From contig MU054391.1 in assembly GCA_013239625.1 (NCBI GenBank), forward strand, positions 7,287,095 through 7,351,094: 64,000 nucleotides of DNA, given 5' to 3'. Shown here in pieces: positions 37,298 to 50,297 of this stretch. Each line of letters starts with the position of its first letter. Positions within the stretch are counted from its first letter, which is position 1. The DNA is from Lama guanicoe. Its lineage: Eukaryota. The notes below the pieces were generated by a model, which saw only the letters and a program-made list of their open reading frames with translations, was not told the origin of the DNA and did not search any database. The translations under genes were made by a program, and so were the position numbers.

Positions 37298-39259
37298 AGA
37301 ACACTTCTTAAATACCATGATCCATTCTCAATTACCTGTTAGTGGGAGGACGGGATAATAGACAACTGAACTCCAAATATAATTTAAAATACTCATGTCA
37401 CTGCTTAGATGTGACTTTCTTCATTTATCAAACTATAAAAAAAGAACCTTTCCCCCAAAGCTTGTAAACCACACAATTCCGCTACTAACCACCGAGGCTC
37501 ACCCTTTTGGATTTCCCCTGCTGTACTGTGGTTGGGGTGCTAATTGGCAGGGAAAGTGCCAGATGGCAGGCAGCTGGAAAGAAAAGCAGAGTCGGAAGAC
37601 CTGCACCGGCTGCCCACGGGATGACCTATGCAAAATGGAGATGCACCTCTGAGGAGTTAGTTTGGTGTTGAAGACCCTCCTCCGCTTAAGTGGAATGTCA
37701 GGTTGGCAGCGGGCTCCAGTCCCCTCACCTGCTAAATTGGAATTGTAATCACACCAAGCTCCCGGGCTGGCCAGGAGGAGTAAATACAATCCGATAAGGG
37801 CAGCTGGCTAGGAGACCATCCTTCCTTGGGTACCTACTTTGAGTCAGACACTTGGCAAGGTTTTTCATTTAACTCGTGCATTGACTTGGTAAGGTGGCAT
37901 GCCTCTGCTTGATGGGTGGGTGAACCACGGTGGGGAAACTCGCTGAATATCAGAGACCAAGTAGTCTGACCTCACTCCAAAGCCATTGCTCTCTCTGCTG
38001 AGCCACGGGGCAGAAGCGCCTGGTGTTTTTGCAGACACTCAACTGTCTGTTATTATTGGAGAGCATAGGGGAAAAAACCCCAAGCTACCTCCTTATGACT
38101 GTAAACAGCGTACATTTCAAGCTGTCGGGGGCCTTTGTGTTCTGATTTTCAACATCTAGTTTACCTGCCCTATTTTAACCAATTCACATGAAGTTTGTTA
38201 TATAACAAGCACATGCTTTTTACTATGTATGACTTACGTTACATAAATCCAAAGGCTGCTGACTGCTAGCAATCTTTAAAATGTAATGAGCTGAAAGATT
38301 CGCTTTGCGCCTTGGGGCAGGATGGCTTTGGTTTGACCATCCGCTGAGTTCAACTTTTAGGAGGACACATTTGCTGCATCCCTTCAATAATCCAACTGAA
38401 ACCTGGATTCCAAGCAACTGTGGATGAGATTTAAGTCTCTGAGAATGATATCAACTTAAATAAAACAAGGCTTAAGCAGAAAGTCCTTGCAAAAACCCTG
38501 TGTCCACATTCCACCAGGATGATGCAATAGAGGTTGGATCCAGACGGCGTCTCCCTTTGGGTCCTGTGACCGCTCCGTGGAGAGGGAAATAGGCAGCCAA
38601 GAGATGGAGAGAGTCAGCTCACAAGAGCTGCAGATCGCAGTGGGGTTTTCTGTGGCTTCGTGTCCTTAGCTATTGCTGATTTTCTCAAATACAAAGATGT
38701 CTGTAAAAAATGTAAAGTGAGAAAATTTTTGGTTAATTGAGGCCGAATTCTGTATTAAAAGAAGAGTGAATCAGAGTTTAGCTTCCTTATCGTTAAAGAC
38801 AAAAATCCCTATGAGGATAAAAACAACCTAACATTTAGTGTTGGTGGTTTTGTTGATTGGTTAAAATTGGAGCGATAAGATCCAGAGAGGGGAAAGGTTT
38901 TGGGAAGCCCTTGGGTTCATTCCTCTCCATTGGAGTGAAAGCACATGCGATCATGACCACATTGTCCCCAAGCTGGATGTCGATATCAGATTTGCCACGT
39001 GCTGTCCTTCATATAATAAGATGCAGGTTATGGGACCTAGGTTGAGTTACACAATTCTGTGTCTCGCATTTTTTCATGTGTAGTACAGGATAATAGTGGT
39101 ACCCACCTTAAGGCGCTGTGTGCAGATTAGATGTTTCACATACGAGTTAAATATGCACATTTAAATTAAATAAGTAAATCTCTTGGAACAGACTCAGACA
39201 CATTGTAGATGCTGAGGGCTTGCGAGTCTTCTTACATGAATTAGGGCAGCAAGAACGTG

Positions 39260-39505
39260 CTGCTCGGTGTGTGAGGCCTTTGCAGTCTGACAGGTCTGCG
39301 TGGGAATCCAGCCCGGCTACACACCACATCCCCAACCTTGCGCAAGTCACACAAAGCCTCTGAGCCTCTATTTTCCTCATCTGTAAAGATGGGGATGTCA
39401 ATTCCTAGTGCAAGTTATGAGGCAAAGGACAAGATAAAGTCAGACAATACATGATAAGTGTGGGGTGCAGCACATGGCTAATACTCTCAATAAATATTTG
39501 TGAAA
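39260..39505 (+). mobile_element. MIR SINE
   Basis: cctctgagcctctattttcctcatctgtaaagatgggg...tactctcaataaatatttg. Confidence 0.85.
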
Positions 39506-42439
39506 AAAAGTAAGAAGGATGAAAACTGGATACTTCAGTATCCAAAGTACTTTAAAAATTTGAGTGTCTACTATGTCTCAAGCTGTCTGCATTTTAAATA
39601 TTCCTTACAATTCTGACTGTCACTCCTACTTCAGAGATGATAAATTGGAACTTGAACCCCTGATCCTACAGCATATCCTCTTCCATGCTTGACCTCTGAT
39701 CATAAATCCCACGTCTCAAAAATCACACATCTGATTTTTCTGCCTTTCAGTGGCCTGTGTGGCTTCCCTCTGGATCTTCTAAATTGTTTCTCTAATTAGC
39801 AATAGCGATCTAAGCTTGGATCCAGTGCCAGAAAGAGAACAGTTAAACTCGAGCTAGTGTGAGAGCCCCCTGGGGCTCCTAGGACCTGTTCTGCCACTGA
39901 GACATCCCAGACCTTCTCTTCCTTTGAAATACACAGCTGTAGCCAGATTTATGAAACTAATGAAAATGTTGTACGTAAGTCAGTTTGTAGGCACTGGGAA
40001 AGTATACTGAATACACTAGAACTTAACTCTAAAAAATAAAAAACCATTTTGTTAGATTTTACTTGATGAATTAAAAATTTACTCAGTTTAATTTTGTGTG
40101 AATCTGCTTTTTCTTGAATTGGTTCATGTGGCTCAACTCATGGTGAATTTTTATGAGTGTGATAATCCCATCTCTTTCCAGCCCTTGGCCCCATCTGACC
40201 TCAGGCAAGCCATTTGGTTTTTCTTAGCCTGCACAGGTCACTGGGCTGGGTGAGGCTCAGACGAGGTCATGAGCATTTTCAAATTTCATAAAATGGGATG
40301 CTGATGATTAGAATACTATCTGAATGGGTGCAGTGTGTTTCCCTGGGACACTTGTCTTTATTTCCGTTTATTAAGCTGTATTCCCGTAGCTTCTGACCAC
40401 ATCTTCATAACTTAATAACTAGATTAACATTAGCTCTTGGGGATGGATCTTGTCTAATTATCCTTTATTTCCAGCAAGGTTAGCACAGGCTGGGGGATAG
40501 AGAAGCTTTTTTTTTTTTAAATAATTTTTTGCTAATATAGAGACTTTTAGGCAATGGTGGTGTGATGAAGATGGATTGCAAGATTCCTGCTGTGTGCCCA
40601 ACTGAATGAACAAAAGTTGTAAAAGCCAAGAAAGATTCGGCAGCGGCAAAGCAATCAAACTCCGAAAGGGGTAAAATGGGATGTTTTATCCTTTCATAGG
40701 CAAGTCTGAGGATGGAAACAAAGGATTCCTGGCATATCTTGGTATACCTCTGACCCATGGCTTCTTCATCACCCACCTAGGTCCCCAGAATAGAGAAATA
40801 AGGGGAATAAAGAAAATTATATTATTTCCCATTAGTGTTGCTAAACTTCAAGAGACCAGAATTAGAGAATTTTGAATAAGATAGATCCCACCCCATGGGA
40901 GATGCTAGGAGGCTGCTCTCTGTCCGTGGCTCTGAGTTGGGGGATAGAGTTTCATGGGAGAAATACCATGACACTTGCCAATGGAGCATCTACGTGCTTG
41001 GCACCTGCCTGTTATGGAAATCCCAAGCTGAGAAAAACAACATGAACCTGGGTCCTGCCCATTGAAACTTTCGGGGGTACACATCAGAAGCAAATACAAA
41101 ACTGCTCTGTGGGGACTCTTCCACCCACTGTTCAGAATTGCTTCTTCTGAAATTTGTTGAGTCTTGCTTTGTGGCTTAGTGGATGATGTATTATTTGAAA
41201 CGATTCCATATGTTCAGGAAAAGAAGTGCCTTTTGCACAGTCTCCTGTTTCTGTCTAGTTGGGCACTTTCCCAGTCTGGGCACTACCTGCCCTGATTTCT
41301 AGTTTACTTTCTCCAAGTTTCAGAGGTACACCCATGTAAATGTGTATTGTGGATTTAAAACAAAAGTTTCTGTCTGTTCTCTATTAAGAATCCTCCATTC
41401 CTGGTTAATTTCAACATAATGATTCTTCTAAGCAGATTCAAATGAGCATTGGAGAAAGTGCATCTTTAAGTCATTTTGAGTGTTTGGGTGTCACCATGTC
41501 CAATTGAAGTTCCCTGAAACCTATTAGCCAGTTGACCTGCTTCCTCCTGATTAGATCTATTTTATGGTGGTTCTTGCTATTATTATGGTGAGACTGGACA
41601 GCTCTGTCGTGAAGGAGGATTCTGAAAGATGCGAACTGTTTGTTTTGACTTTTGTCCCTTGTTGTAGGGCCAAGCTTGTGCAAGTTACCCCTGTCTGCTT
41701 GTGAGTCCCAGGAGCCAGCATGGGCAGTTGGGATCTAAGAACAAAAGATCCCTGGGGAAGATGACGCTTGGGGCTCAGGGGCAGGGCTGCTGGGCCAGTC
41801 GTCTCTCCTAAAGCAGGAATTCTCCCTTCGAGTTCACACTCAATGTCTCTCCATTTGGTTTCAGTAGCGAAGTTCTTTTTCTGTCTAGATTGCGTGTCCT
41901 TCAGGGGGCATGACGTAGGAGTCCACTGGTATCTGTTAGGTGTTTCCTTTGCTTTAGACACATTCTATAAGCCATTAAATCCTCAAGACAGTCAACAAAA
42001 GTGGTCTCAGAAGGCTGAAGAAGCATGCCCTAGTCACATGGTTAGTGGCCGTGCTGAAAATCAGACCCCAGCGTGCGCTCTGACCCCTTTCCCTGTGCTC
42101 GGCCACGCTGTCACTGAGATCAAGTCTCTCGGCCAGTGTTCACTGGGTGTTGATGGAGTAGAGCAGGAAGGATGGAATTCTATGAATTACTTGATACGTG
42201 ATAATGGAAGCTCTCCTTACCAAATCTCAGGCTGGTACATTGAGGAGAAAACCCTCAGACATGGAGGACCAGTGAAAGGAATGTCCCACCTGGCAGGCAG
42301 AAACCTTCAAGAAGGAGATCTTGAAGGGATATTAGAGGATAGAGTGGCTTTTCAGGCCAGATCTCAGCACTTCAAAGCCAAAGAACCGCCTGTAGCATGG
42401 TTACTGCTGGTTAGCGAGCACTCAGGGTCCTTCCCAGTC

Positions 42440-42800
42440 TGACCTTTGTCTCTGCGCCCAGCCTCTTTTCCCACTACTGTTCCCCACCCCGCCCCACGTG
42501 GGACAGCCTGCTGCTCACCACCTCACCGTGCTCTTTCACGCCTCTGTCCCTTTGCTCATGCTGTTTCCTTCACCTAGAATGCTCCCACCTATTCTAAAAC
42601 CCCGCGCTTTGAAAAAGACTGTTCTCCTTCAAGTCCAAGCTCAGATGTCTCATGCAAAGCCTTCTCTCAGCACAGTCTTTCTGACACAAGCTTTTCAAGG
42701 GATGACATCCTGTTTATCTCTCTAGCCCCAGGGCTTAGCACTATGCATCATGCACATCAGACCCTGAAATAATTGTTAGCTTCGAGGATGGCTGGATGAA
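42440..42800 (+). mobile_element. L2 LINE 3' region
   Basis: tttgctcatgctgtttccttcacctagaatgctc...ccttcaagtccaagctcagatgtc. Confidence 0.75.
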
Positions 42801-42829
42801 TTCCTGGCCCAGCAGGGAGGGGTGGAGCA

Positions 42830-43000
42830 GGACCGTGGAACTGGAGCAGTCCCAGTGACACAGGACTGGAGCCCTGATCCTTACACAGCTGCATCTTGGC
42901 TTTGTGGCCTCAGGCAAATCACTTACCTTCAAGACTTAGATTCCTCACCTGTAAAGTGAGACAGTGTTAAATATGGCTCACCAGGTTTACGAGGTACAGA
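42830..43000 (+). mobile_element. MIR SINE
   Basis: tttgtggcctcaggcaaatcacttacctt...ttcctcacctgtaaagtgag. Confidence 0.8.
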
Positions 43001-43084
43001 AAAGATAAGAAGTGTAAACTAAACTGTGATGCAGGATTGGCAGTGGTTTGAGAAGTAAAATCCAGTGTACCAACATGAAATTAA

Positions 43085-44200
43085 AGGCTGGTCAATTACA
43101 CTGCATTAGAATTAAGTTCTGAGCCTCAAAAGACACCATAAAGGAAGGGAAAAGACAATCTACAAGCTTGGAGATGATAACATGGAACATCAATAACTGA
43201 TGAAATCCTAGTGTTAAGGACACACAAAATCAATAGGGAAAATCCACCCCATAAATATGGATAAAGGCAAGACAGACATTTCACAGAAGGGGAGACCCAC
43301 GTGGTAAGGAAACATCTGAAACTAGAAATCAAGGCCAACATGAGATGCCATTTTGTGTCCATTTGGCAAAATTAAAGAAGTTTGACAGTTCCCTGTTTTG
43401 GAAGGCATATGGGTCAGTGGTGTTTCCGCTTCTTTGCTGTGGAAGTGTAAACTGCGATAATCGTTCTGAAAAGCAATTGGTGATTTTTTTAATAAGTGTG
43501 AACATTCTCATACTTAAGCACCCAGCAGGTCTCTCCTAGGCATATACTTAGGGGAAGGTCTTGCACATATGTGTACCAGATGTGTATAAGGATATTCACA
43601 GAAGTACTCTTTCTAGTAAAAAAAATCAAATGAGTCTATTGGCAGGAGAATGGATGAATAAACTGTAATATAATGACACAAGAGAATATTGTATATAGCA
43701 ATGAAAATCAATCAACTTTAATGATAAATAATCTGGATCAATAATGATCACATTACTGTAAATAGAAAAAATAAGTCTGGTACCTAGAGTGTGACAATAA
43801 CGTGGAGTTGAAAATTAAGAAAACTATGTATATAGCACAGGGAAATATATACAATATCTTGTGGTAGCTCATGCAAAAAAGAATGTGAAAATGAATATAC
43901 ATATATTCATGTATGACTGAAAAATTGTGCTCTACCCTGGAAATTGACACAACACTATAACTCAATAAAATAAAATAAAAAATTAAGAAAATTAAGAAAA
44001 CTAAATAATACATTGATGCAATGTACACAGATACCACATGAGGAAAAACACAAAATTTAGGACGGTGATGGTTATGTCTGGTGGGGGAGGGAAGATGGGA
44101 GGAACACAAGTAAATGAAACTTAACTAGATATGTTCTAGTTCTTGGCCTTAGGTGGTAGGGTCATGGAAGTTCTTCATGTTTTTAAACAAATAAATAAAC
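43085..44200 (+). mobile_element. Old L1 (L1ME/MC-like) 3' region
   Basis: tcaaaagacaccataaag...agacatttcacagaagggga...ttggcaaaattaaagaagtttgaca...gaatggatgaataaactg. Confidence 0.8.
43827..43986 (+). mobile_element. Young camelid-type L1 3' fragment nested in the old L1
   Basis: tgtatatagcacagggaaatatatacaa...ggaaattgacacaacactataactcaataaaa; perfect 17-bp TSD gaaaattaagaaaacta at 43810 and 43987. Confidence 0.9.
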
Positions 44201-46269
44201 GCAAAAGATGCAAGATCATGTGAAGCAGAGCGATGCCAGTCAGTGAGCCACTGCTGATTCAGTTCAGTTCTGTGTATTGTGTTTTGACCACACATTCATT
44301 TCGTTTTCACTGTGTGTGTGTGATGTGTGTATGTGTGTATGTGTATGTATTGGTGGTGTGTGCATGTTCCTGGTGTTTGGAGGAGGATGTTAGAAAGGGG
44401 AAGAGACACTTGAGTGACCCTGGGTCAGGTTGTCATTGACCACAAATATAGAAGAATGGTCACTCCAAACAACAGACAATCTTGGGAAAGTTACTTCCCT
44501 ACTGTGCCTCAGTTCCCCTGTCTCTGAAAAGGGGAATGGACTCAGAGGCTCGGAATTCCTGACTCTCTGCGGCTGGCTCCTCCTTCCTTCCCCTCTCACT
44601 TTGCAGACGTTTTTCTCAGGCCTCTCTTCCTCTGGGCCTGCCTCCCCTACCCCTGCCTTGGAGGCTAGGCCTGGGCGAAGCAGCCACGTGCAGAATCCTG
44701 GCCGCAAATCCACGCTGGCATCTCTCTTTTCTGCTCTGACTGTCCAAACACATTTGTTAATCACACAATTTAGTGCCCTGTAAACATGGCCACTGTTTCA
44801 TTTCCCCACAGATTCTTGGAAGGAACAGCCAGGGAAGATTTGTTTCTAGTCATGAACCAAATATGAAGGTCACATGATTGTGTAATTTTTTTCTTACCAA
44901 AGAAATATGGGAGGCGTACGCGGGCCAACCTTCCAATTAATCCTAAGAACAGCTGCCTTCGAGGTGGGTGAGCCTGAATATTATTCACTTTCCTAGTCAT
45001 TCATCAAAGAAAAAGTGTTCGCTGGCCTCCAAGAGCTTTAATTCATAGGAGGCTAAAATGTAGTGTAGCTGGGAGGTCCTCCATTCACAGGCGTGATGCA
45101 AACCATTACTTGTGCCCACCTTGGGTCTTAAGTGGAGAGGATGGTGAATGACGGGGCTGTGGATGTGGGTGCGCTGACACACACGCACACACACACGTGA
45201 ACACGCAGTGCGAGAGTCAGCATCCTCCCGCTGGTCACAGAGCTTCCGGGAGGTCAGGACCCGCCCCAGAGGCCCCAACCAGGTGCACTTGCAATCGTTC
45301 CTGCTTGTCCTTGGTTACATTTGCATCACGTGTCTGATTCTCAGCTCCATGACCAGCAGGCTTTTCTAGTGAAAATGTAATTGGATGGTGACCTACCTTA
45401 GAAGAGATGAACAGTCGAAGGAGGACAGAATCAAAGTGGGAGGAACCTGCTGCATGAAAAGAAAATCAGCAGTAAAGCCGGATTTGCTCATTGATGAAGA
45501 GCAGGGCCCCGGGAAGGGGGAGGTGTGGGAATTTCAGGGCTTCTCCGTGGGCAGGCGCTGTGCTAAGCACTTTACACAGGTTATTTCAGTCTGCACAGTA
45601 ACACCGAGGGAGGCAGTATTAACCCTGTTTTATCCATGTGATTCTTGCTGTACAGATGCTGTGGGTCTTCACAGCAGGCACCTGGTTCCAAGTGGGCGTT
45701 TGATATATGTCTGTTGAGTGAATGGATGGATAGATGAATGACTAAAATCAGGTGACCTTGCTCATCTTCATGCTAGTATAAAACGTATCTCTGGTGTGAA
45801 GTGGTGTTTTCAAGATCCTGGGAGTGCTTCATGCTCTCCTGTGTCTAAGTGGACAGGGAGCTCTCTCTCAGTCCAGGTTCCCAGAATTCCACCTGGCCCT
45901 GCCTGATCAGAATGGACCCAAACAGAGAAGTCCCTGCTAGGGACAGACTGGTGAATTATTTTCCAGAATGGTAGAGACAATGAGCTTAGATGGTGATGTA
46001 TTAAGGGAGTTCAAACTCTAGCAAAGAAAGGAGAAATAACTCTTCAAAGGGCTGAACAGATCTGGAGGAATGGTCGGGGCTCCATTTGGGAGAGCAATAA
46101 TGGAGCCGTCTTATACATTCTCTCCCTGGAAAGTGACTTTGAAATTTTTGTCCTGTCTCTCAAAGAGGGAACTGGAGAAAGGCCTTGTGTACCTGGAAAG
46201 GACACATTCAGGGTCACTTTCCCCTGGGGCATGGTGTCACAACGTTCTAAGCTGAGTGTTTCTGTCCTG

Positions 46270-47370
46270 GACTCTCTTCCTTGGTGATTTGAACCCACGC
46301 CCTCTACTATAGCACCCCTCCCGAAGGCTCCCAAGTCTCTGGGTTCGTCCCAGCTCTCTCTCCTGGGCTTTTGACTCATGCATACAACTGTCTCCTAGCT
46401 CTTATCCACCTCAGACTTCATGTCTGAATTGAATTCTCCTTCTTCCTCCAAATCTGAGTCTGCTCTGATCTCTGCAACTGTTACCAGAATTTGCATTCAC
46501 CTAGGCTAGAATTCTGATGTTCTCTTGTATTCATCAGGGCTCTCCAGAGAAACAGAACCAATTGGCTGTGTGTATATAAAAAGATTTATTGGCAAAAATT
46601 GGCTCATGCAATTACAGAGACTAAGAAGCCCCGAGATCTTCAGGGTCAGTCAGTTGGGCTTGAACCCCAGGAAAAGCCATTGTTTCTATTTGAGTCAAAA
46701 GGCAGGAAAAGGCCAAAATCCTAGTTTGAAATTGATCAGTCAGGAAGAAATCTGTCATAGGAGGGTCAGCCTTTTTGTTTGATTTAGATCTTCAGCTGCT
46801 TAGATGAGGCCCACTCAAATTAAGGAAGCCACCATTAGTCAGCCTGTGGACTAAAATGTTAATCTCATTTGAGCACACCCTCACAGAAACACCTAGAAAA
46901 ATGTTTGACCATATATCGGAGCGCCCTGTGGCCTAGTCAGATTGATATGTAAAATTAGCCATCACATCTTCCCAACTGCACATCATCTTTATTCATTCTC
47001 CTCCCTCTTTCTAGTATCTCCGATACCTGTCCTTTCTGCCATTCCTGCCGAGACTGCCACAGGGTCACCAAGTACACTCCAACAGCCTCCAAATAGGACT
47101 GCCTGCTCCTCCACCCTCAGTGTCCAGCCTTCTCACAGCCGCAGCATAAGACCTAAAACAGGTCACACCCTTCACCTTTCACGTTCAATACCTCCGGGTC
47201 CCTCTCTTTCCTGAAAAATAACATCCACACTATTTGCATGGCATTCACAACTCTTCTACATTCTACTCCTAACTTATTTCCAGCCTTATTCTCCCGTTCA
47301 TTATGGCAGCAGCTCAGCAGGCTCCTCTTCATTGCTCAAACACTCCCATCCCTCTACTTCATGGGATTTC
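46270..47370 (+). mobile_element. L2 LINE fragment interrupted by an MLT2 LTR
   Basis: ctcccaagtctc...cacctcagacttcatgtctgaattgaa...ccaacagcctccaaatagg...tttgcatggcattcacaa. Confidence 0.65.
46526..46966 (-). mobile_element. MLT2 (ERV-L) solo LTR, MLT2B/C-like
   Basis: tcagggctctccagagaaacagaaccaa...gatgaggcccac...aaatgttaatctcat...aaaattagccatcaca. Confidence 0.85.
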
Positions 47371-47374
47371 CCTG

Positions 47375-47830
47375 TGTCTTCAAATTCAGGTTTCTCTGCT
47401 CACCGCTCAAAAGCCAATACTCAAGGGGCAGGTGTCAGTAGAAAGGAAAGGTGCTTTATTCAGCAAAGCCAGCAACCTGGGAAGGTGGACTCATGTCCCA
47501 AGACCAACTCCAAAGATTCTGCTTGGCCATAACAATTTTTAAAGGGGAAAAGGGGAAATAATCTCAGTTAATTATTACAGTAGGAGTTCAGATTCTTTGT
47601 CATCTTTCCATTGTGTGCAGACCTACGGACTTCCCCTGGTCTTCCTTTGGGTGCTGTCTTACCTGCAGGGTCCTCCTGCAGATTCACTAAAGGGAAGCTT
47701 GGCGTAGAGAGTCAGTCATTCTTTAACTACTTAATTCTTCATTCTGACTCCTTTTAACCCAGGAACAGGCTAGGCAAGGCATTGTTTGCCTCAGTAGAGC
47801 AGAAGTCAGGAGTTAGGTTAAATGTTACCT
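47375..47830 (-). mobile_element. ERV-type solo LTR (lineage-restricted, family uncertain)
   Basis: aaagccaatactcaag...aaggtgctttattcag (AATAAA on the minus strand)...tttttaaagggga (TATA-like on the minus strand); layout parallels the LTR at 49.8 kb. Confidence 0.65.
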
Positions 47831-48139
47831 AGCTGTTGCATTTTGATAATTGAGGTTTAAGGGGAGCAGAAATAGACAAATAGGAAAGGGGGAAAAGAGA
47901 TGCTCACTACACATATTTTTGAAAAGACTCGTTCATTTTGTACCTTGAAGAGCTGATATGCAACTAGCCAGTTCTTTCTGCTCCCAGAGTCAAACAGGCC
48001 CCTCCCAGGTCTTTGCATTTTGACCCACTGGCCTCCTTGTCCCGATCCTGGTGTGTTTCAGTCTCTTGCAATTGTGTGCACATGTACGATTGGTACATGG
48101 GGCCCTGAATCTCTATGCAGTTTAATACAAGTTCTCCCA

Positions 48140-48365
48140 GCAAAGAATGGGATTACAGTTAGGAAGACTGGGATGTGAATCCTGCCATATTAATTTCTGG
48201 TTGTGTGATGTGGAGAGAGCTACTTAATTTCTCTGAACAATAGTTCCTGTATCTGTACAGTGGTGCTAAAATACCTTCTTCCAGAGTTGTGAACGTTAAA
48301 GAAGGTACATGTGAAAATGCTGAAGCCACGTCTAGCTCCTAGTACACATCAGAAACTTTTGTGTG
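48140..48365 (+). mobile_element. MIR SINE
   Basis: gaagactgggatgtgaatcctgcc...tacttaatttctctgaac...gtatctgtacagtgg. Confidence 0.8.
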
Positions 48366-49489
48366 ATCAAAGGAAAAGTGAACTTACAAACTTTCTCTTT
48401 AACATTTTATTAAGTCATCACATAATGAATATTCATTTTTCATGTATGATTTTTCTCCCCATTTTAGTTTGGTTCTCCTCAGTGTACTCTGTCTTCTACT
48501 TAGTTTCTAGGAGGATTTGAATTAATGTTAAATGTTAGTAATCTCTCTCTCGCTCTCTTTTAATGGCTGATTGCTCAGCCTGACTTTCCACTCGAGAGTA
48601 ATTAAGGACCAGTGTTACACTTTTGAGACACAGAAGTATGTTACCCGCAGAAGCCAACCACCAGTGAACACTGCCCCTCTGTGGGCGTGGCTTCCGTGAA
48701 ACAAGAGAGATGCTGCTTTTCGGGCGTCACAGGGGCCACTGTGAATCCCCGTCCCGGTTCTCGCTGGGAGAAATGAAGTGTCAAAAATTACATTCAGCTG
48801 CGAGAGTTTTCAGCCTCACATTCAGAAAGACCGAGCAGAAGTTGCTAGAGGCTATTTTCAGAGAACTCCTAATAAGTACAGAACCAAAATACAGACACGG
48901 TTGTTAACACCCTGGGAAATGCCAAATCCAAGCTGGATCGCAGCCAGCAGAGAAATGCAAAGTCCTAGATAGCTTATCTCAGAGCAAATCTGTATTACGC
49001 AGAAGGTGTGAGATGCAATTATACAGGAGAATAAGCCTGCTCCTTCTCCGCTGTGCACCCGCTCCTCGGAACTGACAATATCAAAGTGCATTTGGCATTT
49101 TCTAAATCTGTTTTCCACGAGCAGCACAGTTGCCTGGCCAGTGTTCTTCTTTTAAACTCAACCCATTCTTCCTCTTCCAGCTCATTCATGCCCAGGCTTC
49201 AGGAACCATCTACCCCTAAACTAGTAACTCCTCAGTATGTATTTCTAGCCTTGAGTTCTTTTCTGAATCCAGACCTCCCGGAGCTTTTAAGTTCCCAACA
49301 GACCCTAAATTCAACACATCTTTCTCTACCTTTGTTCCCTAGCATTTGAGCTCAAGTTCTCTGACTGCAAGCTTTAAAACAATGTCTAAACAGTATGCCA
49401 TTACTGACCTGAGATGACATCATCTATTTTATATATACATACACATATATATATATATATTTATTTTTATTTTTATTTTTTGGAAAGGT

Positions 49490-49800
49490 AGCAAAGTCTG
49501 TCTGCAGTGTGGATTAGAATTTAAATTCAGAAGACTTGGGTTCAGACCTCAGCTCTGCTGCTCTGAGGCAGCATGACTTCTGTCTTTTTCATCTGGGAGA
49601 AGCAGAGCAGGATAAGAGCTGATAATAACCGTTCGTCGTTGTGTTGTGATGACCACGTGCTGTGCTGGGCACTGCTGTAAGTGCCCTCAGTGTATGAACT
49701 CATGTAATGATTCTCACAACAGCTCTGTGAGGATTGTGCCATAACTGTTTAAATTTGTTCAGACTAGGGAACGAAATCACTGAGTCTAAGAAAGTAGCCA
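49490..49800. mobile_element. Two MIR fragments in opposite orientation
   Basis: + copy gaagacttgggttcagacctcagctctgc; - copy aactcatgtaatgattctcacaacagctctgtgagg. Confidence 0.7.
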
Positions 49801-49817
49801 CTTCCCTTACATAATGT

Positions 49818-50297
49818 TGGTACCGAACCAAATGTGGGTCCGCACGCCTGGACGTGGTACAGCCAATCTACTGACACTAAGTTATGGTGGAGGAAAGCAC
49901 AGCGTTTATTGCAGGGCACCAAGCAAGGAGTTCAGGACAGCTAGTGCTCAAAAAGCCCGAACTCGCCGATGGATTTCAGCAATGCATTTTTAAAGGCAAG
50001 ATGAGGGAGTGGAGCCCAGGGTAAGTGATTGTCTCGTGCACAATTCTCTGATTGGTTGGTAGTGAGGTAACAGGTGGTAAAACTATCCATCCTTAGGCGC
50101 CAGTAGGTCTGGGGGCTATGTGCTCATGGTCATCAAGTAGTTAATTTCTTCCATTTGGTGGGAGTTTAGCATATGTGAAACAACTCAGGAATTGTGCATC
50201 AGATACTATTATCTCGGTACCTCAGAGAAGAGCTAAAGCAGAGGATATGGGGGAGGGGCCTGTCCCAGGAAGGTCCCGAGGGTCCTGCTTGGTTACT
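49818..50297 (-). mobile_element. ERV1-like solo LTR
   Basis: agccaatctactgacac...cgtttattgcagggcaccaagcaaggag (polyA signal on the minus strand), ttttaaaggc, ctgattggttgg (CCAAT on the minus strand), ending gtcctgcttggttac. Confidence 0.75.

Noticed and set aside
40551..40670. Exon-like segment (tttag|gcaatgg...aaaggg|gtaaaa)
   Set aside because: All three frames contain stops, the pyrimidine tract is poor and the donor is weak.
41768..42442. Longest ORF (224 aa)
   Set aside because: TTG start, no recognisable domain, and it runs through MIR/L2-like decayed sequence; consistent with a chance ORF.
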